NCBI RefSeq assembly: GCF_036321535.1
Contig: NC_087436.1
Span: 107,448,001 to 107,512,000, forward strand
Direction of reading: 5' to 3'
DNA length: 64,000 bases
Source of the DNA: Camelus dromedarius
Lineage: Eukaryota
The notes beneath the pieces are model-generated. The model was not told where the DNA came from and made no database searches. It saw only the letters and a list, made by a program, of their open reading frames with translations. A program made the translations under genes and the position numbers. This document shows positions 13,450-27,059 of this stretch, piece after piece. The number at the start of each line of letters is the position of its first letter. The first letter of the stretch is position 1.

Positions 13450-14560
13450 GATATATTGCACTGAAAATTTGAGTCAAATTGTAAGCTTAAAAAATTATAA
13501 TAAGGTTCATAACCCTATTATTATCCTGAGTTATTTCCCTGAAGCCTCAAATTTTATTTTCTAAAAACCTGTAAGGTATGAGGGATAGTCTCAGTAACAA
13601 TCTTACTTTGTCTATAATTTTTAAATATGTGTATTGTACATAACCTGACTTTATCCATTGCTTTGTAAATTAATCATTTATACATTCCAAAATGCGCACG
13701 CCCTAAGGGCTGACCTTAGCACTCTGCTCTTTGTGAACCTCCAAACATGTCATTTTCAATAGAGATTTTCTTTTAAATAAATGTATGATTTCCTATTATG
13801 AACAAGTAAAGCCACTTGTCCAAAAAAGACAAGGAAAAAAACAAGTCAATGCACCTATTTAAAGCAAAGCTTGGGAATATATTATTTCAAAGTCATTTCA
13901 AGTAGCTAGTAACTACAATTCTAATATTAAGTAAATTTACATAGTCTAAGACATTTTCCTTTCTTAAAAGAGTTATATAAAGAAATGGACTCTTTGGAGA
14001 ATGTCATTCTTTGGACAATCACTTAAATTAATGTTCCAGAAATCATAATTAATCTTATTTAGCAGATTAGTTCATATAATTAGTTTACGTACACATGATT
14101 GAAAAAACAAAATGCTCTAAATTATATAATTGTTCATAATTAGAATATTAAGCTACTGCCCTAGTTTTTAAATTTCCAAACAAATTGTCTAATCTTTATT
14201 TGGTTATTTGCTTAGCTGATGTTTTTATTGCTAAACTTGGATTCCTGCTAGGCAAGCTCAAATAAAATTTGTTTAAAAGGAGGGAAGAAAATAAAACATT
14301 TAGGTAAACGTCAGTAGAGCTGAATATGTAAATCTTGGAAATAGATGCCAAAGATTTGACTCCTTTCTGTCAGTGCCCTAAAATCTAAAAAAGAAAAAAA
14401 ATATATTTTTTTTAAAAGACTCGCCCATGCAGAACACAGACTTAGTAGAGTTCTGTTTGACTCTGACTTTAAAATCTGTGATAATTCTACATGATGTGCC
14501 TCTGACAGTCACATCACCAGGGAAGAATTAATCTATCAAAGTGACGGTCTCTTCTTCTTT
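13450..14560 (-). mobile_element. Possible fossil Gypsy RNase H / integrase fragments
   Basis: Weak: NRTLLSLCSAW, FRALTERSQI, then AHFGMYK and DKVRLCTIH; AT-rich and heavily decayed. Confidence 0.3.
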
Positions 14561-14984
14561 CTACCCTCAATCTGCTCCCATTATTCTTTTTCCTTCTCTC
14601 CTACTTTTCCATTTTCTTTTCATCCTTTTTTCCTTCTTCTTTCCTAATGCCAAAAAACCTTACTTAATTAAACCACAGCTACTATGCCTGACCTCCTAGA
14701 ATTCTATAATTAAAGGCTTTACCTTCATAAAAGTCTGTCCTAACCACAGCCAAAAATAATGAGTTTGAGAACTTATGCTAGTTAGTTCTAATCTAGAATG
14801 TTTCTAGCATCAAATGAGAAAATTCAAATAAGCAAAATTAGTCATATTTCAACTTTATTTCATGAATAAAAATTAAATACTAGAAATGTGGAGTTGTCAT
14901 TTTCAAATTTCTTATTTTAGGGCCTATTTTAAGGTTCTACACAAAAGTTTTAGAAAACAATTTGATTCACTTCTCAGAAGGTAG

Positions 14985-15440
14985 CATTAATGGATTCAAT
15001 TGTGTCCTCCCCAAAATGTATATGTTGAAGTCCTAATGCACAGTTCCTCACAACGTGACCTTATTTGAAGACAGGGTCATTACAGAGGTGATTAAGCTAA
15101 ATGAAGGCATGAGGGTGAGCCCTATGCTAATATAACTGGTGTCCTTATAAACAGGAAATTTGGAGACAGACACCATACACACAGGCAACCCCATGTGAAC
15201 ATCAACATGGGTCAGGGGGATGCATCAATGAGCTAAAGAACACTAGAGATGGCCAAGAAAAGCACCAGCAGCTAGAGGACAGACATGCAACAGATTCTTC
15301 GGCAAAGCCTGCAGAAGGAACCAACCTTGCCAATACCCGGATCTCAGGACTCGAGCCTCTAAAACTGTGAGAAAATACATTTCTGTTATTTGAGACTCAG
15401 TTTGTGGTATTTTGTTAGGGTAGCCTTAGAAAACTAATAG
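14985..15440 (+). mobile_element. MLT1B/C-type MaLR LTR
   Basis: aattgtgtcctccccaaaa...gtgaccttatttgaagacagggtc...ttgttagggtagccttagaaaactaata. Confidence 0.85.
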
Positions 15441-15739
15441 GGTAGCTGACTTTTATGCTATTTCCCCTTACTAACTTGGGGGCTTCTGATTCTGATCATG
15501 TTTTCATTTGGATTGAAGACTCATTGCTACCATAGATGGAAAATATCAGAGTGAGAGCAGAAGTATGAAAGTGAATCTCTACTCACAGTAGGATTATCAA
15601 AGTATATCCCTGTCTTCAGATTGGAAAACCTCAACAATCCAGGCATTATTGAACTGGTTCCACCACATTATTACAGTAGTTACTATTACTGATATATTCC
15701 AGTATTTTGTGCCAAAAAAGCATAGGATGAGAATTTTAT

Positions 15740-17818
15740 AAGACTTGTCCCAAAATGGAATGTCAATATAACATTCAAAAAATGAGTTATTGTAATACAT
15801 CCTATCAATAGAATAAAGGACAAAAACCACATGATCGTCTCCATAGACATAGAGAAGTAATTTGACAAAAACCAACAATTTATCACAAGAACAATCAACA
15901 AACCAGAAATTGAGGGGAACTTCCTTAACTCAATAAAGGGTACCTACATAAAATCACAGCTAACATAATACTTAGTGGTGGCAAGTTGAATGATCACACT
16001 TGCAAGTCCCAATTTCAAAACTTAGTACAAAACTATAGTGATCAATATGATACTGTAACAATAAACATATACGTTCTTGGAATAGAATAAAAAGTTAAAA
16101 TAAACAAATATTCAAAGTTATGGTCGATTGACTTTTGACAAGAGTGCCAAGTAAATTCAATGGGCAGTGAATTTTATACCCACATGTAAATGAATGAAGT
16201 TGGAACTATTCCTCACACCATACACAAAAATTAATTTGATATGACCATAGACCCAAATGTAAGAACTAAAGCTATAAAAATCTTAGAAGATAATATAGGA
16301 GTTAATCTTCATGACCTTGGGTTAGAAAAAGCCTTCTTAGATAGGACATCAAAATCATAAGTAATATAAAAAAATAATAAATTTGACTATCTTAGTCAGG
16401 GTTCTCTGGAGAAACAGAACCAACAGGATGAATATATACATAGAAAGAGATTTCTATATAGCTATAGAAATACATAGATAGAAAGAGAAAGGAATCAGCT
16501 CATGCAATTATGAAGACTGAGAATTCCCAAGATCTGCAATCAGCAAACTGGAGAATAGATGGTGTAAGTTCAAGCCCCATAGCCAGCAGACTTGAGCCCC
16601 TAGAACAGTAATGTTTCAGTTTAAGTCCAAAGACCAATGTGCTAGCTCAAGCTGTCAGGCAAAAGGAGTTATTTACTCAAGGAAGAGTCAGCCTTTTTGT
16701 TCTATTTAGGTCTTTAACTGATTAGATGAGGCCTACTCACAGGACAGAATGTAAACTACTTTGCTTAGTCTACTGATGCTAATGTTAATGTCATCCAAAA
16801 ACAACCTCCCAGACGCACCAGAATAATGTTTGACCAAATATCTGGGCACCTCCCCACACCATGGCACAGTTAAGTTGATACAGTATTAACCATCACATAT
16901 ATTTTATGCTATGTTAAATCAAGAAACTGAAAGATATCCCCACAAAATGAGAGAAAATATTTACAAACCATATATCTGATAAAGGACTTATATCCAGTAA
17001 AGAACTCTAATAATGCAATAATAAAAACCTAAATTTAAGATGGGCAAATGATCTGAACAGGCATGTTTCCAAATAAAATACACAAGTGGCCAGTAAGCAC
17101 ATGAAAAGATGATCAACATCATTAGCCACTAGGGAGAATGTAAATCAAAACCACAGTGAGACATTTTATACCCACTAGGATGGCTATAATAAAAAAGAAA
17201 GACAGTAACAAGAGTTGGAGAGGAAGTGAAGACACTAGCACCTTCATACACTGCTGGTGGGAATGCAAAATGGTGCAGTTTGGCATTCCTCAAAATTTAA
17301 GCATAGTTATACCATGTGACCCAGAAATTCCATTCCTAAGTACATACCATACACAAATGTTCACAGCAGCATTATTTATAAGAGCAAAACATGGAAACAA
17401 CTCAAATTTGCATGAGCTGATGAATGGATAAATGAAATAAATGTATCTATACAACAGAATAGTATTCAGCAAGAAAAAGTAATGGAACATTGATAACATG
17501 TCAAGTGAAAGGAGTCAGTCTCAAAGGATACATGTTGCATGATTCCATTTATGTGAAATGTCCAGAATAGGCAAATCTATAGACAGAAATTAGTGGTTGC
17601 CTAGGGCTGAGGTGGGTTGAGAAGGATGGGGGATGACTGTAATTGGTCAACATATTTCTTTCTGGGAAGATAAAAATGTTCCAAAATTGATTGTGGTGAT
17701 AGTTTCCCAACTCTGTGAACGTACTAAAAACCATTTAATTTTGCACATTACATGAATGACCTCTATGATTTATGAATTATGTCTCAATAAAACTGTTAAA
17801 ATTAAAATAAAATAAAAT
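15740..17818 (+). mobile_element. Old L1 (L1MB/MC-type) ORF2 3' part and 3' UTR
   Basis: ORF 17156..17431 (RHFIPTRMAIIKK...FIHCWWECKMVQ) is L1 ORF2 C-terminus; A-rich tail ~17790-17818. Confidence 0.88.
16386..16896 (-). mobile_element. MLT2 (ERVL) LTR nested in L1
   Basis: ttagtcagggttctctggagaaacagaaccaacagga ... aagttgatacagtattaaccatcaca. Confidence 0.85.
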
Positions 17819-17819
17819 T

Positions 17820-18160
17820 TCAAGACACTTGCAATTGATTTGTCCCATTTATAAGAATTGCATTGAGAGAAGGAGAGCTCTCACCTAGGACTATCTCGTA
17901 GCTCTTTAACACAGCAAAATTATGAATTATTTTATATACTTGATTATGCTTAAGACCCTCTTCACGATTTTTCTTGTGATCTGCAAGAGAGAAAGATCCC
18001 TGAGACAATAGGATTCTTATCAGGGGAGGGGAAAGTTAATCATATCATCAAAAATTATCAAACTTCAAAAGGACTGTTTTAACACAGATTTGAAATAAAT
18101 CACAGGATTTGTCCAGGGGAGTAAAATATTAAGAATCTCTTTGTTATTTGAGATTTTTAA
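17820..18160 (-). mobile_element. Possible fossil Gypsy integrase core
   Basis: NNKEILNILLPLDK then LLSQGSFSLADHKKNREEGLKH (SDxGxxF...GIxH spacing). Confidence 0.42.
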
Positions 18161-19899
18161 CTTTTCAAGTATTCAACTTGTAACTCTGTTGTTTACAAGA
18201 GGACTGATAACCCTGTCAGTCTACCCTCTGAAAATTTACAAATCCACATATTTTACCATGTATTCTTTTATATATATATATATATTCTTTATATTTTATA
18301 TATATATACTTTAACTATAAATATGTCCTTCCCAGGATTATCACTTCTCACTATCATTTTAAATACAACTTGAGGAAATTGGACATGATGAGAAGCAGCA
18401 GGAGGGAAGATTTCTGTAGGGAGCAGCCAACTACAAAAGCAAGCAAGGTAAAGACAAGTTACAAAATCGCCAGCGGTTTTCTAGTTTATACTGTAGTTCT
18501 GAGCTTAGTTGTGCTGTGTCAAAAGGCAGGTCTTTGAAATTTGGGGTAACCCCATGGCATTTTCTCTTTCTTCTAGACTAGAGCTACGTACAACTGGGAA
18601 GAGAAAACCTGGGGAATTCCCTTCCAGTAGCGCCCTTAGGCCTGGGCAGTGAGGACTCTTGCCCTACACCTCGTGGTTTAGAAGGTCACAAAGGATGCTA
18701 ACCCCCTAAAGAATTAAACAGTACCTGGGCTCCTGCATCACTTCCTGCTGATAGATGCTAAACAGTCTCTCTTACGAATAACAATGTTCAGGGTGCAGGG
18801 AAATGCTCTTCCACATCTCTTCCTTTGTGCCCCTAAGTGGTAGGGATAGGAATGAAAATGTGTGATCATAAAGCTGATGATGTTGCAGACAGACAATGCT
18901 TCCATGTGCCGGAAGGATTTCCTCTCAGGGAGTCAAATTAATCTATCAGATCTCTCAGCATGAATGCCATAGATACTCACATAACAAAGTACCATTTCCA
19001 ATCAGTGTTTCAGTACGCACTTAGGAATTAATTAGCATAATATTTGCAACATTGCACACGGCAGCTGATGGACATTTTGTAATAGTAATTAATATTGCTC
19101 TCAAATCTCCATTATGTAATTTGAGACATAAATGTGTGAAACTTGACAATCTTTACATTAGCAATTTGACAGACAGTCAATAGAAGGAATGTTAATAGTT
19201 TTATTTTTGTAAATGTATGTAGTATGACAGTCGTATTTTCAAAAATGAACAAATTTCAACTTTAATAATTCTGAGTTAAAATGTTGATGTTTATTATGAT
19301 TTGTATTTGTATTTGGGTTTTAAATAGCCTAGAATAAAAATAACTTTCTGAAAACTTATAAAAATTATTTAAATTTTTGATATCTTATATTTACTTTATT
19401 GTGTATGAAAATATATTGAAATTTATTCATTTTGAATGCAACAGAATTATTTAATCTTTTATGTAACTCCTATTATAGAACATAGCCCAAAGGAAAAAAT
19501 AATGATTATAATAACATAATTATTGATATTACTGAAATGGAGTCAAGAGAAATAAATTTCATGGAATAAGTACATAATAATTTATGAATTTTTATTTTAT
19601 CAGTCATCCAAACACAAACATTCAATCAACATAACATCCAGACATACACAACTAACACTAAATTGGGTTGTCTTCACCATTTTGCTATAATCACATAAAA
19701 GCTATCGTTTTACACATATATTTGAGTTTCTTATTGTAAAAGTGTATTTGTCAAGATAAGCAATTAGAACATGTTTACATAATAGCTGGTTAGCTTAATT
19801 TATGACCTTTAAATCTTTAAATCTAATGGTAAATAAAACTAAAACTGTGCTCTTGTTCCACGGTCCCACAACGTTAGGGGCAAGATTATTCCCTTCTAA

Positions 19900-21420
19900 A
19901 CTCTGGAGGTTTTAAAGGTCATTTTGTTATTTGCTCCTTGTTTGGGGAGTGGTTGAAACACAATTTGCCTCATTTTCCAGGGCTTTCTTGCTCATTGCTC
20001 AGAGCAGGCTTTCAATGAGACTGATGTATCCACAAGCATGGTCCACTACACCATCCAGTTCTAGGACCTGGCCAGCCTGGGGCAAGGCAGGTCTCTCTCT
20101 GGAATTTCTTTACACAGATCCTGGCTGTAGAGATGTGTTGACATGGAGTCCAGGATTGCCAACCCACTCTCATGCTGAAAATGAACTTGGAATGGTGATG
20201 CAGGTTTGACAGTGGCTGCCACCTGCCTGCCAGGTGTTAGAGGGAAACTGTGACTACGTGCTGGAACCAGTGAGGCCCATCTGGTGATGATTCCATATGG
20301 TCTGAGCCCCATGGTCCTTTGAATTACATTTCCCATGTTCACCATGTTAGTTGGAAACACTTCAGGCCTCTCACAGCCTGTTTTGTTGCAAAGTTACCTG
20401 ATTTGTTTCCTATGGTTTCTGTAATAAATTAGCAACATACAGTGGTTTACAACATAATTTTCCCATAGTTCTGAAGGCCAAGAATCAGAAGCCAGTTTTA
20501 CTGGACCAAAAGCAAAGTGTCTGCAGGACCCTGCTCATTCCAAAGGCTGGAAGGGCGAATCTGTTCCTTGCCTCTTCCAGCTTCAGGTAGCAGCCAGTCT
20601 GCCTTGTCTCGAGCCACATGACTCCAATTTTCAAAGCCACAATCCTCCATTCCCTCTCTGCTCTGTCTTCACATGTCTTTGTCCTCTGCGTGCAGTAAAA
20701 TCTCCCTCTGCTTCCCTCTTTCAAGGATACATGTGATTGCATTTAGGGTCCACCTGGATAATTCAGGATTCTCTCATCACTTCAGTATTCTTCATATAAC
20801 CACATCTGCAAAGGCTTTGCCATATAAAGTAACATTTATGGGTTCCAGGAATCAGGACCTGATATCTTTGGGAGAACCATGTTTTAACTAACGACAGGCA
20901 CATAGTCTTTTTTTAATATCATAGTGTTTCAGTTCAACATTTTCAAAGTTCTTGTGGTGGTATGAGGTACATAGTTAAAAATTATCTTTTATGTCTGTGT
21001 ACATAGTTATAGAAAATTTGCCCTTAAAATGAAAATCTTGATCTTTGACTGTTAAGAGAAGCTCTCCAGCAAGTATTCTTGCAACGTTTTTTTTTTCCCC
21101 TACAGTAAAACATTTGCCTTTGGACAGGGAAAAGCTTGGGACCATCCAGAGAACAGGCCTACAATTAAGTAGGACATGGAAGCGTCCAAACTACTAGGGA
21201 ACATCAGTCAAGTCAGTCTGCAGGCAGATAAGAAACCCCACCTTACCAGTGGTTTCTGCATCATACTTGTTCTGGCTTCTCCAAATTTTACGCAGCAGAA
21301 GTGGGGGAGCATGCACAATAAGAAGCTGTTAGATCAGAAAGTCCAGGCCTAGAACAATCATCTTCTCCTTCTTCTGTTATCTTATTTCTGCCTACAAGTG
21401 CCACTGACTTGGACACCAGG
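19900..21420 (-). mobile_element. Fossil ERV (class I-like) integrase, near full length, split by an MLT1 LTR
   Basis: VGRNKI...PGLSDLTASYCACSPTS (HHCC remnant); LQTDLTDVP; LIVGLFSGWSQAFPC (21168-21124); DQDFHFKG; SYHHKNFENVE; after the MLT1: LQPG, VKKFQRETCLAPGWPGP, LWIHQSH*K. Confidence 0.87.
20398..20895 (-). mobile_element. MLT1C/D-type MaLR LTR
   Basis: tttgtttcctatggtttctgtaataaatt...gcatttagggtccacctggataattcagga...acatctgcaaagg. Confidence 0.85.
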
Positions 21421-22236
21421 ACTAGGGCAGGAGCGAGGGTCTAGGAGGCCATGGAAAGACCATGTAGGAATAACCAGAGGTCTGAAAGGGAGAGGAAGCT
21501 GGCCTAGAACATCCAGACAGTATTTTACATATTAGTGTCCGCTTTATAGATTGTTCAGTGTCTGTTTGGGTTGATGTAACAAAAATATTTAGGCTGGGGC
21601 TTAAACAACATGTATTTCTCACAGTTCTAGAGACTGCAAAGTCCAAGATCAAGGCACCTGAGCATTTGCTCTTTAAAAACTTCAACTGCCTGAGTTAAGG
21701 GAAAAAAATCCAAGTGCTCAATAATTCTCACAAACCCAATAAATCAAACTTTTAAACATAATAAACCTAAATTCTCTTAGCTATTTCATTACTGAGAATT
21801 ATTTGTAAGGTTTTACCCAAACATTATGAGTCTAAATCTAGTCCTTAAATGCATATTTCAAATTATAGTTAAAGGTTTGGGAATACAACAGGCCGCTCCT
21901 ACACATTACAGTATATAAAATTTCAAATATGCATAGCCATTTTCTTAATCAAAAATATTAACACACAGTTCTGATTCTCTTATGTGTTTTATACTTAATT
22001 TTAAATCCTTCTAGGCTTAAAAATTTAAATCTTAAGGTTGAGAGTAACTATCCTAGCTAATTGATGTTTCTAACAGTGATTTAACAGTGCTCTTTTCTAG
22101 GCGGTACAATTTTTTTCATTTCATAATATGTATTTCTTTACACGTTAACCTCTCATGCTCTGGATTATAATATCAAGGTTTGCAGCATATAAATCCAATG
22201 ATCTTCCAAATTAGTACTACCTTGACCCAATAACAA

Positions 22237-22730
22237 TGTGGTGGTTCTAAAACATATCCACAGATTCTTTAATTCTCCATCCTCTAGAATTTGAAGCTTA
22301 ATCCCCTTCCCCTGGAGTAATGCTGGACTTAGTGACTGACTTCTACCAAGTAGAACATGATGGAAGTGATTCTGTGTGACTCCCAAGACCAGGTCATAAA
22401 AGGCATGTGGCTTTCTCCCTCCTCTGGGGGATATTAACTGACATGGAGAGGCCCATATGGCCAGGAACTGAGGCCTCCTGCCATCAGCCAATGAAGAATG
22501 AGGCATCCAGCCAAGAGCTCCTTGACAAAGTGTTGAAAGTGAATCCTCCCACCCGCCTCAAACACGCAGGTGACTGCGGATCTGACTGGCATCCCAAATG
22601 GAATTTCATGAGACTGGGAGCCAGAACCACCCAGCTAAGTTGCTCCCAGAGTCTCTGACGTTCAGATGCTTGTCATCTTTAGCCCAGAGATTTGCGGTAA
22701 TTTGTTATGCAACAATAAATAACTAATATA
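22237..22730 (+). mobile_element. MLT1 (E/F-type) MaLR LTR
   Basis: tgtggtggttctaaaacatatcc...ggtaatttgttatgcaacaataaataactaata. Confidence 0.8.
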
Positions 22731-23599
22731 ACCAGAACAAATCTTCAAATTTTCCTGGTGGAGACTCAAGGATGTATCTTGCATCTTAGAATTGCAATGA
22801 TTGACAGAGAACAATCCATGGAAATACAGGCAGTTGAGACTTTGACTGAAATATTATTTGACTCAAGACCACAATGTAAGACTTCATTTATATACATATA
22901 TAATTTACTAGCATATATTTATATAATATATAGATAAATCATTTATTTAATATTATATACATATTCTTATTTTAATTACCAATAAACAAAATGTAGAACT
23001 TATAAGGCACAGGATATACACAAATATCTACTATATTAATGTTATAGAATTTCAAACTTGATAATTAATAATGTTATAAAATATAAACCAGAATATATCA
23101 AAATAAAATACTAACTTGTAAAAACTGGAAATGGTGTGAGATGTTAGAACCAATAAATTTCTCAATTTTTAAATCAGATTTTGAAATACAGAATATTTAT
23201 TTTTTTAATATTCAAAATTGAAAAATGGCTGTGGGAAAAAATGAAATTCAAAAATAAGTTTTTTAACTGAAAAGAAATTTTGTTTAATTCAACTCTCCCC
23301 TTCCTTCACCTTTTATTTTAAAATCTAGGCTTTTTGCTATGAGGCAAGATTTTTTTTTTTTTATTGTGGTAAAATATACATAACATAAACATTTTTTTTC
23401 ACTCTTTTTATGACCCTCACTTTAGGCCAAACCTTTTATCCATAAATTACCCTATGATTTGTTCTTAGATGCCAAAAGTTAAGTTTATCATATTTGAGCT
23501 TAAAATTATGTGAGAAAAATAGAATTTTTTTAAGTTTATTTCCTATATTTTTAGAGTCACACAGAGACACGCAGCATCTTACTGGGTGTGTACTCATTC

Positions 23600-24480
23600 T
23601 GTGTCCTATAGCTTAATTCACAACCCAGTTTAACACATCAAAGCTGAAAGGTTTTTGTTTGTTTAGTTTTGGAGGTTTTTCTAATACCCAGGGTGTGCAA
23701 GAAGTCCTACTCCTGTTAAGATCTGCCTTGTGATCACCAGGGAAGGAGACCTCATGATGCTCAAAAAGTTGACATTTCATGGTGTTCAGCAAGAGATGGG
23801 GAAAGTAGACCTTATGAGTCAGTAAACTCCAAAAAGCCATTTGAGAGGGGAGGGTATAGCTCAAGTGGTAGAGCACTTGCGTAGCATGCATGAGGTCCTG
23901 GGTTCAATCCCAGTACCTCCTCTGAAAATAAATAAATAAACAAATCTAATTACCTCCCCCTGCCAAAGAATTTTTTTTTCTTAAGCCATTTGAAAGGAGT
24001 GTTGACATCATATGTTTGGGAGAATCTGTAATACTTATCAGATAAAACATTTAAGGTCTGTACAGGGATTATAGTGTTTGCCCACTGAAATGAAATATTG
24101 AAGATTTAGGGGTTGCATGACTATCCAGGGAGCAAATAATCAGGGCTCTCTTTATTCTTTAGATGTTTAAATTTTAGAAACTGTGACACCAAGTTTTGTT
24201 GATTACAGAATGGCTGATTTCCTCCTGAGCATTGTCTACTGAGTTTCACTTTGCCATGCAAATTGTAACCTACTTAAAAGTCTTTGAACCCAAAGGCTTC
24301 CAACATGGAATAATAAAAACCCACAAATGCAGGAGTTTTCAAACAATGTATAACTTAATTCTGATTCATGTGACATATTAGGGTCTCAAATATTACATTA
24401 AATAGTGTTCATGAAAATGCTTAGGATCTTAGAACAAAAAATCATCTGGCTTTCCTCTTGAGGAGTCCAGCTTCTGACTA
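23600..24480 (-). mobile_element. Fossil Ty3/Gypsy reverse transcriptase, split by a SINE
   Basis: EAGLLK; FGFKDF*VGYNL (FSxLDLxxGY); FYLISI / FSQTY (YLDDI..FSxT); LLLNTMKCQLFEHHEVSFPG (LxxxKCxF..VxFLG); KPFSFDVLNW. Confidence 0.68.
23845..23982 (+). mobile_element. Vic-1-like camelid tRNA-derived SINE
   Basis: ggggagggtatagctcaagtggtagagc...gaggtcctgggttcaatcccagtacctcc (A/B boxes); TSD AAGCCATTTGA 23834-23844 / 23983-23993. Confidence 0.88.
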
Positions 24481-24539
24481 TAAAACAATGTGTGATTTTT
24501 CAGGCCTCACCATAGCCAATTACAAAGGTCTTACCTGGC

Positions 24540-26830
24540 AGGTCTCATGAGGGAAAACTGCCCTCTCAATGCCAGACTTGGTGCACAGCCAGAGCACTGC
24601 AATCTCTGCAGGGAGTTGCAGTCAAGAACTCAGGCCCCCAGATAATCCTAAATTTTATGTGGAACCACAAAAGACCCAGAATTGCCAAAGCATTACTGAA
24701 GAAAAAGAATGAAGCTGGTGGAATAACCCTCCCAGACTTCAGACAATACTACAGAACTACAGTAATCAAAATACTATGGTATTGGTACAAAAGCAGGCAA
24801 ATGGATGAATGGAACAGAATAGAGAGCCCAGAAATAAACCCACATACTTTTGGTCAATTAATCTTTGACAAAGGAGGCAAGAACATAAAATGGGGTAAAG
24901 AAATCTCTTCAGTAAATGATGTTGGGAAAACTGGAGAGCTGCAAGTAAATCAATGAAGTTAGAATACTCCCTCACACCATACACAAAAATAAACTCAAAA
25001 TGGCTTAAATATTTAAACATAAGACAAGACACTATAAACCTCTTAGAAGAAAACATAAGCAAAACATTATCTGACATAAATCTCAGCAATGTTTTCCTAA
25101 GGCAGTCTACCCAAGCAATAGAAATAAGAGCAAAAATAAACAAATGGGACCTAATTAAACTCACAAGCTTTTGCACAGCAAAGGAAACCAGAAGCAAAAT
25201 AGAAAGACAACCTATGGAATAGGAGAAAATATTGGCAAAAGATGAGACTGACAAGGTCTTAATTTCCAGAATATATAAACAGCTCATTCAGCTTAGTAAG
25301 AAAAAAACAAACAACCCAATCCAAAAATGGGCAGAAAACCTAAACAAGCAATTCTCCAATGAAGACATACGAATGGCAATAGGCACATGAAAAAAATCCT
25401 CAATATCATTTATTACCAGAGAAATGCAAATCAAAATTGCAATGAGGTATCACCTCACACCAACCAGAATGGCCATCATTCAAAAGTCCATAAATGATAA
25501 GTGGTGGAGAGGCTGTGGAGGAAAGGGAACCCTCCTACACTGTTGGTGTGAATGTAGTTTGGTGCAGCCGTTATGGATAATAGTATGGCGATTACTCAAA
25601 AAACTAAAAACAGACTTACCATATGATCCAGCAATTCCACTCCTGGGCATATATACAGAGGGAACCTTAATTCAAAAAGATACATGCACCCCGATGTTCA
25701 TAGCAGCACTATTTACAATAGCCAAGACATGGAAACAACCTAAATGTCCATCAACAGATGACTGCATAAAGAAGCTGTGGTATATTTATACAACAGAATA
25801 CTACTCAGCCATAAAAAAGAATAAAATAATGTCATTTGCAGTGACATGGATGAACCTGGAAAATGTCATTCTAAGTGAAGTAAGCCAAAAAGAGAAAGAA
25901 AAATACCACATGATATCACTTACATGTGGAATCTAAAAAAACACAAACTTATTTACAAAACAGAAACAGACTCATAGACATAGAAAACAAACTTATGGTT
26001 ACCAGGGGGAAAAGGGGTGGGAAGGGATAAATTTGGAGTTTGAGATTTTCAGATACTAACTACTATATATAAAATAGATAAACAACAAGTTTATACTGTA
26101 TAGCACAGGGAACTATATTTAATATCTTGTAGTAATCTATGGTGAAGAATATGAGACTGAATGTATGTATGTTCCTATGTGACTGAAGTATTGTGCTGTA
26201 CACCAGAAACTGACACAACATTGTAAACTGACTGTACTTCAATAAAAATATATTTAAAAAAAAAAAAAAGAACTTAGGCCCCCAGGTTGCCCACTGGTCA
26301 TACTTTCATTTACCTGCAGTTCTAGACCAGGCTCCTATATTCCTAGGTTTCCTTATCAGAAGACTTCGGCTGAGGTCCCCTTCAGGTGCCTCTGCCAAGG
26401 TCTTCTTATGGGGTGAAAACGCAGACCTTGAAGATACATTTCCCTACTCTCATATCCAATACTTTTCCACCTGTAGTGCTTCCCCCACCTGAGGTCCACA
26501 AAAGTGCCAGAGGCTTTTGTTCAAGGTTCCCTCAACAGTGAGACAACCCTTCATATCTGCAGCGATCCACTCAACTCCGGATTCATGGGGGAAAATGGAA
26601 CAGGAGGAGCTGGCAATTTCTCTGATTTTAGCCTCTTGCTTACATTATCTCAGCAAGTGGTTAAAGACTTAACTCTTATCTTTGGCTTGTTGCATGAATC
26701 CGTTACTCTGATACCTACCAGCTCAGCTCTCTTTTTTCCAGCTCAGTCAAGCTCCTAATACCCCAGATGGTGCATGTAGGTTATCATATAGCATAAGCAG
26801 TATTATTAGATCAACTCTGACATCATTTAC
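24540..26830 (-). mobile_element. Fossil Gypsy integrase (Gmr1/GIN-like motif style), split by a young L1
   Basis: HHLGY; LTTC*; PAPPVPFSP; EWIAADMKGCL (~26572-26540); TFVDLRW/GEA; IFKV...GRGT; DQWATWGPEFL reads across the L1 [15 protein letters not shown] (TGFSPxEL..GR). Confidence 0.65.
24642..26267 (+). mobile_element. Young 5'-truncated L1 (ORF2 C-terminus, 3' UTR, polyA)
   Basis: ORFs 24657, 24953 and 25424 are L1 ORF2 peptides; polyA; 18-bp TSD AAGAACT(C/T)AGGCCCCCAG at 24624-24641 / 26268-26285. Confidence 0.96.
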
Positions 26831-27059
26831 TCTTGAGTTTGTCAAGGGTGGTGCTGCCTAACAAAGAAAACAGAATGGACCCTGAGCAAGAGAGTATGAT
26901 GAGTCAATCTGACCACACAGTCTGTGGAGCTGAGACCTCCTAAAGTGGTTTTATTACTTACCTTGCAATGCTATGGATCAAAGACATTTGTCCTCAAATC
27001 TAAATACCAAAACATATTTCTTGTAGTCAAAGGATCTTATCCATTCTGCCACACATGAA

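Noticed and set aside
18550..19020. Possible additional integrase fragment (YGIHAERSD; WKHCL) on minus
   Set aside because: Too few ordered motifs to support a call by eye.
23845..23920. tRNA-like sequences (also ~38150, 39500, 40600)
   Set aside because: SINE heads with A-rich tails and TSDs, not tRNA genes.
24657..25936. L1 ORF2 peptides as functional CDS
   Set aside because: 5'-truncated, frameshifted L1 copy.
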